Virus record (IMG/VR): IMGVR_UViG_3300043391_000122
Coordinates: 1 to 34,024 of that record
Length of the DNA: 34,024 nt
Strand: one strand, 5' to 3'
Source of the DNA: a virus
Lineage: Duplodnaviria; Caudoviricetes
The translations under genes were made by a program, and so were the position numbers. Positions 1-6,587 of this stretch are shown piece after piece. Position 1 is the stretch's first letter. Each line of letters begins with the position of its first letter. The notes under the pieces were generated by a model that was given only the letters and a program-made list of their open reading frames with translations, was not told where the DNA came from and did no database searches.

Positions 1-1
1 T

Positions 2-67
2 GAAGATGTCATCAATGATCTGATAGGCTACCTAGTCCTGCTTAAGATCAGCGATAAAGTTAAATAG
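2..67 (+). CDS. Partial CDS (3' end), possibly DUF1599 / nucleotide-modification-associated domain protein
   Basis: Own translation EDVINDLIGYLVLLKISDKVK*. The ED-x-x-x-DLIGY motif resembles the C-terminus of this phage family. Confidence 0.5.
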   Translation, partial: EDVINDLIGYLVLLKISDKVK

Positions 68-143
68 AGTTTACAAAATGCACAATAAATGTGTAATATA
101 TTGCACATTATTAAAGTTTTTACCACTTAATGAATGAATAATC

Positions 144-341
144 ATGCCTGATATCACAATGTGCCTAGGGACAAACTGTCCCTACAAAGAAAGTTGTTAC
201 CGCTTTACTGCTAAGCCAAGCGAGTATATGCAATCCTATTTTATGAATCCGCCTATTAAGGACGGCAAATGTGATATGTATTGGGGTGATTTAAGCGAAT
301 CTATTTGGGGTCAACTTCAAGACATCGTAAAACCTAAATAA
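144..341 (+). CDS. Small Cys-rich hypothetical phage protein (possible Zn-binding)
   Basis: C-x4-C-x5-C...C pattern, conserved with mostly conservative changes in copy 29846-30043. Confidence 0.8.
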   Translation: MPDITMCLGTNCPYKESCYRFTAKPSEYMQSYFMNPPIKDGKCDMYWGDLSESIWGQLQDIVKPK

Positions 342-504
342 GGCGAATCTGCCATAATTAGTAAAAATTCATGCATTTATACCGTGCCAAATGTCGACAA
401 ATTGGAGACAGTTGTTACGAATTTATGTAAAAAGGTAACAAACAATTAGGAATTTAACCGAATAGCAACTTATAAGTTCACAGATTGGGAACTTTTATTA
501 ACCT
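342..504. repeat. Array of abutting imperfect palindromes (copy A)
   Basis: Examples: TGTCGACAAATTGGAGACA 392-410, TGTTAC-N16-GTAACA 413-440, AAGTTCACAGATTGGGAACTT 474-494. Confidence 0.65.
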
Positions 505-1053
505 TTAGAATAACTTTTTAGAAACTCCTATCTGGTGAGACCTAGTAAATGGTTGGTATTGGTACTCAAAGATGTACTTGTTGTCCAAATAGGAAACTTT
601 TGCGCTCGGTTCTAACAAAGAGTTAATGCTTGCGCCCAAATATATTCCTTTGCTCTTCTTAATTATTGTCTCGGTTTTTGTCTCGGTAATTGTGTTGGTT
701 ACCACAGGTATCTTGAAATCGTTAGTAGCAGTCATTTTAAGCACTTCTCCGAGGACTTCTCCGCTTACATTGGTACTTCCATACTCTGAGGGGATGGAGG
801 TCTTAAACAGGCTAATTTGAGGCTTATAATCTACAAGGATTGTATCCCTAATAATCTGTGATTTTATCCACTTTTTCGGCACATAAACTGTGTCTTTGAC
901 TTCTACCATCAAAGTGTCCGTTTTTGTCACGGTTTCATATTTGTAGACAGTCTCTTGCTCAGGCTTTGGGTAAATGACAAAAGTCAAAAGGACACCAATT
1001 AAAAAGGCAATTATTGCGATTCGTTTGCGCTCGTCATCTAGTAAATCTTTCAT
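505..1053 (-). CDS. Membrane-anchored lysis-region protein (putative spanin-like)
   Basis: Start moved to ATG 1053 (MKDLLDD) to match the 182 aa copy B. N-terminal TM helix, DTL/DTV/DTI repeats, beta-rich C-terminus ending in Phe, located at the end of the lysis cassette. Confidence 0.65.
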   Translation of the reverse strand: MKDLLDDERKRIAIIAFLIGVLLTFVIYPKPEQETVYKYETVTKTDTLMVEVKDTVYVPKKWIKSQIIRDTILVDYKPQISLFKTSIPSEYGSTNVSGEVLGEVLKMTATNDFKIPVVTNTITETKTETIIKKSKGIYLGASINSLLEPSAKVSYLDNKYIFEYQYQPFTRSHQIGVSKKLF

Positions 1054-1193
1054 TTTTTTCCTCTGAATTGTACATAACAAATTACCAAGCGCTGATCCAT
1101 ACGCGGAAATTCTCGTTCCATTACTGGATCGGAGACACATCTAGCGACAAAATCGCTTTGACTTTCGACAGTCTTTGGCTTTGGTAGTGGCAT
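1050..1193 (-). CDS. Small hypothetical protein, 47 aa (not in ORF track)
   Basis: MPLPKPKTVESQSDFVARCVSDPVMEREFPRMDQRLVICYVQFRGKK*. It overlaps both neighbours' start/stop codons and is absent from copy B. Confidence 0.75.
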   Translation of the reverse strand: MPLPKPKTVESQSDFVARCVSDPVMEREFPRMDQRLVICYVQFRGKK

Positions 1194-1414
1194 TATTGTT
1201 CTATAAATAAGTTTTCATCGTAAAACAATTGTCTAAACATATCTCTGCATTTCTGATATGTCTGATATTCTTCATCTGTAAGGTCATTGTACTTAATTAT
1301 AGTTCTTAACTTCTCATCGTAATCGTAGGAGATTCCTTTTAGCTTTTTCCCATTAATAGCAGCTTGAAAATCATATTCATCGTCAGGCAAATCAAACTCT
1401 AGTATTACTTTCAT
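1193..1414 (-). CDS. Hypothetical protein
   Basis: Homologous to 30775-30996 (MKxILE..LP...DFQAAING), translationally coupled. Confidence 0.8.
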   Translation of the reverse strand: MKVILEFDLPDDEYDFQAAINGKKLKGISYDYDEKLRTIIKYNDLTDEEYQTYQKCRDMFRQLFYDENLFIEQ

Positions 1415-2133
1415 AAATCCATCATTACGTTAAAAGGCAATCGTCCATAATCTAAAGTTACACCAACACCAATTGCCGGTTTCCTACCAGCCTTAGAATA
1501 TGCCATTGCATAGCTATCTTTATCAATTCCGCAGCCTACTTGCTTGCCAAATATCTTAAAGTTTTTGCCAACTACGAAATTGGTGTAAGCTTCTGTATGT
1601 CGATGTCCTTGAACGGTGCTAATTAAGTCAGCTTTTGCTCTTGCAATTGCTCCACCTTGCTCGCCGTGTACGTACAAAACATCGTTTAAAATATGCTCCT
1701 CAGTAAACTCCCAATGTGGAGTCTCCAAGACTTCCTTATAGCTTTTAATCCACTTTTTAGAAATGCCGGCAGTAAAAGCCTTTCGCATTACTAATCTATC
1801 GTGATTTCCAATGATAACAACCGCCTCTGGAAAAGCATCGCGCCATTTTTTTATCCTTTCAATAGCATAGTTCAATTCATCCAAGGCACTCATCCCATCT
1901 GGATCAGTCTCATGGTAAGATGCATAGTGATTGTCAATGATGTCACCAATAAAGATTGTCTTTTCTGTTTTATACTTTCGCTTCTGTTCAATACAAAACT
2001 CAAGATAACCATCAAGGCAAAAAGGCTCGTGCAAGTCACCAATTTCTAAAACCCCACCCCCCCTATTTGAATTTCTAATACCTCGAATAATTTCCCACTC
2101 TTCGCGGTTTAATCTTGGTCTAAATTCTTCCAT
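1411..2133 (-). CDS. Calcineurin-like metallophosphoesterase (variant A)
   Basis: Motifs GDLH, GD, GNHD, HG and GHRH in canonical order. Confidence 0.88.
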   Translation of the reverse strand: MEEFRPRLNREEWEIIRGIRNSNRGGGVLEIGDLHEPFCLDGYLEFCIEQKRKYKTEKTIFIGDIIDNHYASYHETDPDGMSALDELNYAIERIKKWRDAFPEAVVIIGNHDRLVMRKAFTAGISKKWIKSYKEVLETPHWEFTEEHILNDVLYVHGEQGGAIARAKADLISTVQGHRHTEAYTNFVVGKNFKIFGKQVGCGIDKDSYAMAYSKAGRKPAIGVGVTLDYGRLPFNVMMDL

Positions 2134-2594
2134 TACATAGCTAAATAGGTTGTTTTTCCGCTAGTTCTTATTGCTTTAAGCTTTTGCTTGCGGTTGCCAC
2201 TCTTTACAAAAGAAACGTGTACCCAATCAGGATTAAAATCTGTTCCAAACTCCCAGATTAGTTGATCAAAATCTAACTTGTTTTTTATATAATCAAAAAC
2301 CATGCGATTAGTAACCTCGCCGTTACTTCCATCCATGTCGATATCAATCGCTTGGCCTTTGCAATGTTGGCTGGACAAACTCCCCTTAATGAAATCATTG
2401 AGAGCCTTGCTTCTGTACCCAGAGCTTATAAAAATAGGAACACCAAAATGTTCCCGAATAGGCTCGAATACTTTATCTGCAAGAAGCTTGAAGTTCTCAA
2501 GATGCTCTGCGGTTGGGGTATTATCTATTCCATGTCTTTTGGCTGTATCACTTCTGGTGATCTCCGCAAGATTAAGATGTGGACTGATTTTCAT
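2133..2594 (-). CDS. Endolysin, peptidase M15 family (Zn peptidase)
   Basis: SSGYRS, SQH-x2-GQAID and WVHVS motifs, downstream of holin-like genes. Confidence 0.9.
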   Translation of the reverse strand: MKISPHLNLAEITRSDTAKRHGIDNTPTAEHLENFKLLADKVFEPIREHFGVPIFISSGYRSKALNDFIKGSLSSQHCKGQAIDIDMDGSNGEVTNRMVFDYIKNKLDFDQLIWEFGTDFNPDWVHVSFVKSGNRKQKLKAIRTSGKTTYLAM

Positions 2595-2808
2595 TTTTGT
2601 CAGTTGGTTTTTTAAATATTTTTTCCGCTGCCGTAATACCTAAAGCGGCCGCACTTAATGCAGCCACGGAATAAACAAGAGCGTCGTTAGGATTAAAATA
2701 CAAAGTCCAACAAAGAGCAATTGCAGTAAGTACACCAACAAGCCTTTTGCTCGATGCTTGCCCATGCTCGGAAAGGAATCCTTTTGCCCATGTAAAAAAC
2801 TTATTCAT
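2572..2808 (-). CDS. Putative holin
   Basis: 78 aa, two hydrophobic segments, SSKRL motif, charged C-terminus, overlaps the endolysin start. Confidence 0.7.
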   Translation of the reverse strand: MNKFFTWAKGFLSEHGQASSKRLVGVLTAIALCWTLYFNPNDALVYSVAALSAAALGITAAEKIFKKPTDKNENQSTS

Positions 2809-2933
2809 CGTCCCTGGCCTCTGTATTTTTTCGGTTTGTTTAATGCTTTGGAATAGGCTTTTTTGGCTTTGCCGTTTCGGCGTGTCCCAAAGGTTATTTT
2901 TATTGCGCTGGTCGATGCTTTAGCCTTTGCCAT
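2805..2933 (-). CDS. Small highly basic protein, 42 aa (not in ORF track)
   Basis: MAKAKASTSAIKITFGTRRNGKAKKAYSKALNKPKKYRGQGR*. ATGA overlap with the holin and conserved in copy B. Confidence 0.8.
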   Translation of the reverse strand: MAKAKASTSAIKITFGTRRNGKAKKAYSKALNKPKKYRGQGR

Positions 2934-3114
2934 TATCTTTGAGCTTCTTGATTTCGTTTCTGATTTTATAAACCAAATAAACAATCGATAAAATCGAAAT
3001 TACCGACGTAAAAACCACATTTACCATTTGCAAGCCAGCCATTGCCGTGACATTTGCAAAGATTGCTAGGAAAGTAGACGGTACTCCCAACTCATCGCTT
3101 TTCAATAAATTCAT
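2920..3114 (-). CDS. Small membrane protein (holin/antiholin-like)
   Basis: Hydrophobic helices with a basic tail, first gene of the lysis cassette, homologue at 32655-32858. Confidence 0.65.
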   Translation of the reverse strand: MNLLKSDELGVPSTFLAIFANVTAMAGLQMVNVVFTSVISILSIVYLVYKIRNEIKKLKDNGKG

Positions 3115-3137
3115 CTAAGTAATTGCTTTTCGTTTAC

Positions 3138-3145
3138 CAAAAATA
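3138..3145 (-). promoter_or_regulatory. Bacteroidota-type -7 promoter element of lysis cassette
   Basis: TATTTTTG matches TAnnTTTG, lies just downstream of a terminator and is conserved at 32883-32890. Confidence 0.6.
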
Positions 3146-3160
3146 AGGCATTTTAAAGCA

Positions 3161-3190
3161 AATAAAAAAGGGCTAAAATTTAGCCCTTGT
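3161..3190 (-). terminator. Rho-independent terminator after tail module
   Basis: AAGGGCTA-aattt-TAGCCCTT followed by a T-tract on the minus strand. Confidence 0.8.
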
Positions 3191-3197
3191 ATTATCC

Positions 3198-3485
3198 TTA
3201 CTTTTCCTTTAAAGCCTCGTAGAGCGGCCCTAAAACAAGCACGGTAAAGCCTTTGGCCTTTACCTTTTCCTTGACTAAATCAGCATCCGATTTGCTTAGT
3301 TCAATGTCGCCATCAGAATAGTAAATTTTCTTAGCCAGCTCGTAAAGTCTTATCGGGTCGTCTTTCTCCTCTGCTGAAAACAAAGCGTTCCCGACCATTT
3401 TAGACAAGTACATAAACTCGCCGTTTTCGCTTGTGATTTTGTTGCCTTCGATGTCTGTTAAGGCAATTGCTAGATTTACAATCAT
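3198..3485 (-). CDS. Hypothetical protein downstream of tail fibre
   Basis: Start moved to ATG 3485 (MIVNLAIAL) to match the near-identical 95 aa copy at 32957-33244. Confidence 0.8.
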   Translation of the reverse strand: MIVNLAIALTDIEGNKITSENGEFMYLSKMVGNALFSAEEKDDPIRLYELAKKIYYSDGDIELSKSDADLVKEKVKAKGFTVLVLGPLYEALKEK

Positions 3486-3766
3486 GCTATAAGTGTTAAG
3501 TTTAATTTTTCGGCAATATAGGTAAACGCGTAATCGTTGTCGCCGTCCCAAGCCAAATAATTTTCTCCAGTCATTGGCACGTTGCCATTTATTAAACAAA
3601 GCCCTTGGATTAAAGGCGTTTCTTCTGTGCCTTGTCCGCCTTCACATAACTCGTAATAAAAGTTACAAGCGCTTTGCAAATTGTCGTCTATAATTTTAGC
3701 CGTTAAAATGCTTGCCGTTTTTTCTTCACCATTATTCCAAATGGTTATTGGTTGAATTTGTTTCAT
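3482..3766 (-). CDS. Hypothetical protein, possible tail fibre assembly factor
   Basis: Directly follows the fibre gene and is conserved in copy B. The function is inferred from position only. Confidence 0.7.
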   Translation of the reverse strand: MKQIQPITIWNNGEEKTASILTAKIIDDNLQSACNFYYELCEGGQGTEETPLIQGLCLINGNVPMTGENYLAWDGDNDYAFTYIAEKLNLTLIA

Positions 3767-3774
3767 TTTTTTAT

Positions 3775-6585
3775 TTATTTAATTCTTATTGTTCCATAAG
3801 TCACCGTATAAGAAACACCATTGGCACTTCTAATTTGCACATCGTTTCCAGAAAATTGCACTTGAATATTGTTTCCTAAAATAGTACTTACTATCCTTTC
3901 TCCACTATTTTCATTAAATAAAGTGAAAATTGCATAAGTTCCATCGTTTGAATTTGTTTGCACAGTTAGGAAATAAGCGGAATCAGTACCAGCAGTAAAA
4001 ATTGTTTGATAGGTTCCTGTCATTGTCAAATTTCCTGAGTTTGATAGAAAGGCATTTCCTAAAGAACTAACAACTCCATTTACCGTTAACTTTGCTCCAA
4101 CATCCGTTGTCGTTCCAATCAGCACGTTGCCGCCTGATGTAATGCGCATTCTTTCTGAGCCGTTATTTTCAAAAATAGTTGCAGCGTTTTCTCGATTAAT
4201 AATATAAAGTTCTCTGCTAAAATCAATTCCTATGAAAGAGCCATCTGTTGTACTTTCGCCGCTATCTGAGTTTACAAAATGTATTTGCGCTCTGTTTCCA
4301 ACTCCAGCGCCATAAATTTGAATAACTCTATTATCAGCTGATTGACCAGTTGCGTTAGCCGTACCAATCCCTACGTTGCCGCTTTTATCAATCACCATAC
4401 TATTTGTAATAGTACTTCCATTAATTGAACGTCCAAAGTAAATTTCAGCAATGTTATTACCTGATTGGTCAACTGAAACAATATTAGTTGCACCGCCTAA
4501 ATGGTTTATAACTGTGTATTGATTTGTATTTGAGTTTCTATTTACTCGTAAACCATCTGCAAAAGCGCTACCAGTTCCGCCTAAAACTGAATTTATAAAC
4601 CGCCCAGTTCCGTTGACATCTAGCTTAAAGCCAGCGTCTGTTGTCGTTCCTACTAGTAGGTTGCCAGTAGTAAAAGCAAATTGACTTGCATAAAATTGCG
4701 CTTTGCATTGTAAACTATTGGCATCATTTGTAAATTGAACCGCTACCTCTCCCGCATTATAACTGGTTAAATAAAAATTTGCGTCTGTTGCTACTTTAGT
4801 TTGAAATTTTCCATACGCATTTGTTGTATTAATACTTGCACTTGTGCTAAAAGTAGCTGCAACACCAACGGAAACAAGTGTTCCGCTATCTTGAATATTA
4901 CTATTCCCAATCGTTGTACTTCCTGTAAACTTAGGCAAATAGTTAGTTGTCCCTGTTCCCGTTACTGGGTTAGTCAAAGCGTTTTGTTTGCCGTTAAATG
5001 TTGTCCAATCCGTTCCGCTCAATGCTCCAGTAACTCCAGCGCTTGCCAATCCAAGGGATAAAACTTGTGTTGATAAACTTAGACCGTTTGCCGTTCCAAG
5101 CGTTACCGCGTTATGCCTTGCCGCCGTATTTGCCGCGACATTTGTGTTGGCATTTACCCTAGCCTCGGTATAATAAAGATTTGTCCCCTCAGGTACAACG
5201 CTAGTATTAAGCGTATGAAAGGTCTTATCGCCTCGAAAGTATTGCGCGGTCGTGCCAGCAATTATTGCGTTCTCTTTGCCGTTAAAGGTTGTCCAATCCG
5301 CCGAGCTTAAAGCGCCTCTATTGCTAGCGCTTGCCGTTGGTAAATTAAAGGTATGAGTGTCGCTTGCGCTAGAAATTGCAAAGTCCGTTCCGCTTGTGCC
5401 AACCGCAAAGAATTGTACTTGGCTAGTCAAGCCGTTTAATGCAGTCAAACCAGTTGTAAACGTGGTAATTACTTGGCACAAATGGCCGTTTTCAGTATGT
5501 AAAGTGATTGTACGGCCTGAATGCGTAACGTAAAATCGAACCGCCAATCTATCCGTTAAAGCTAGGACTGTCTCGGGAACTGCAAGCGTGCTATAATAAG
5601 GGTTTAGATTAGTTCCAAACGCAATTAATTCAGGAGCCGAGCTACTTGTTGCAATTAATGTAAAGGTCGTGCCATTGTACTTGTAAAGCTCAACATAAAA
5701 GGATGGTGAGCCACCACTACTTGACGCGCTAAAATAGGTCTCAAAGTTCCAGTTACCAGCTGGGATAAGTAGTTTATTCGGGTCTAAAGCGTCCGTAATA
5801 AACGAGGCAATGTAACCGTCAGCGTTTATGCTTATGTCCGTTCCAGCGCCAAATATTGGCGTTCTGTTTAATTCTCTATAAGCAACTCCGCCGATTGTGC
5901 CTTGCGAAACCGAACCATTTAAATAGTAGCTAACCGACGAACCGCCGCCCGTAGTTGCTGGAAAATCCGCCAAAGAGCCATCGCCTCGGATGTATTGCCC
6001 AACCGTGCCAGCGCCAGTAACTGCTAAAGTTCCAGCCGTTGTTATTGGACTGCCAGCAACACTAAATGCGGTCGGCATAGTTAATGCAACCGAGGTTACT
6101 GATCCAGTCCCGTAGGCCGTAGAATCGACCGAGCCGTTAGCTTTTAAGAATTGCGCGGACGTTCCGCCAGCCTTTACAAATGATCCAGCCAAAATGGATT
6201 GTGCGCCGAGGTTAACCGTAGTAACGGCCCCGGTATAAGGTACATAACCGCCGCTTGAGTTTTCCCATTTGCCAGTTGACGAGTTGTAAACCAATACTTG
6301 GCCATTTGCTGGCGCCACAATTGTAACGTCGCCCAACTCTGACAAATTAATGTCGGTCCTATCTACGTTCTCCCATTTGCCTAACGTACTATTGTATTGC
6401 AAAATCTGACCATTGGTAAGCGCTGAAATATCAACGTCAGTTAATCCAGCCAGGCTTTGTGGTGATCCTTGCAAAAGCGTTGCCTTTGTGGTCTGTTTGT
6501 TTAAACCGTCTTGCCAAATTAAAACAATGTCGTTATTGCCAACACTTGCGGCAATTGGAAAGTCTATAAATCGTCTATTTGCCAT
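3775..6585 (-). CDS. Tail fibre / receptor-binding protein
   Basis: 936 aa, G/T/S/N-rich. Repeats LxxLxDV...NGQ(I/V)LxYNS..GKWEN (x2), GALSxxDWTTFNGK (x2) and GN(V/L)x(I/V)GT (x3). Located after the tail-tip gene. Confidence 0.85.
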   Translation of the reverse strand: MANRRFIDFPIAASVGNNDIVLIWQDGLNKQTTKATLLQGSPQSLAGLTDVDISALTNGQILQYNSTLGKWENVDRTDINLSELGDVTIVAPANGQVLVYNSSTGKWENSSGGYVPYTGAVTTVNLGAQSILAGSFVKAGGTSAQFLKANGSVDSTAYGTGSVTSVALTMPTAFSVAGSPITTAGTLAVTGAGTVGQYIRGDGSLADFPATTGGGSSVSYYLNGSVSQGTIGGVAYRELNRTPIFGAGTDISINADGYIASFITDALDPNKLLIPAGNWNFETYFSASSSGGSPSFYVELYKYNGTTFTLIATSSSAPELIAFGTNLNPYYSTLAVPETVLALTDRLAVRFYVTHSGRTITLHTENGHLCQVITTFTTGLTALNGLTSQVQFFAVGTSGTDFAISSASDTHTFNLPTASASNRGALSSADWTTFNGKENAIIAGTTAQYFRGDKTFHTLNTSVVPEGTNLYYTEARVNANTNVAANTAARHNAVTLGTANGLSLSTQVLSLGLASAGVTGALSGTDWTTFNGKQNALTNPVTGTGTTNYLPKFTGSTTIGNSNIQDSGTLVSVGVAATFSTSASINTTNAYGKFQTKVATDANFYLTSYNAGEVAVQFTNDANSLQCKAQFYASQFAFTTGNLLVGTTTDAGFKLDVNGTGRFINSVLGGTGSAFADGLRVNRNSNTNQYTVINHLGGATNIVSVDQSGNNIAEIYFGRSINGSTITNSMVIDKSGNVGIGTANATGQSADNRVIQIYGAGVGNRAQIHFVNSDSGESTTDGSFIGIDFSRELYIINRENAATIFENNGSERMRITSGGNVLIGTTTDVGAKLTVNGVVSSLGNAFLSNSGNLTMTGTYQTIFTAGTDSAYFLTVQTNSNDGTYAIFTLFNENSGERIVSTILGNNIQVQFSGNDVQIRSANGVSYTVTYGTIRIK

Positions 6586-6587
6586 CT

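Larger units (their letters stand above)
68..4265. repeat. Diverged direct repeat, copy A (variant of ~29770-34024)
   Basis: Same gene series as the window end (Cys-rich ORF, membrane protein, endolysin, holins, fibre C-terminus) with patchy identity. 4139-4265 is identical to 33898-34024. Confidence 0.95.

Noticed and set aside
342-504. CRISPR mini-array or integron attC array
   Set aside because: There is no repeated unit separating spacers, no cas or integrase gene, and the units are too short for attC.
1054-1140. N-terminal extensions given by the ORF track (also 3486-3599, 32859-32957, 29029-29058)
   Set aside because: They overlap other genes, terminators or leaders, and the homologous copies or leader motifs support the shorter starts.
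1-4265. True terminal direct repeat of the virion DNA
   Set aside because: Terminal redundancy is copied each cycle and should be identical. These copies differ by whole genes and many substitutions.
3775-4265. Diversity-generating retroelement TR/VR pair with 33534-34024
   Set aside because: There is no reverse transcriptase, and the differences are mostly synonymous and not adenine-specific.
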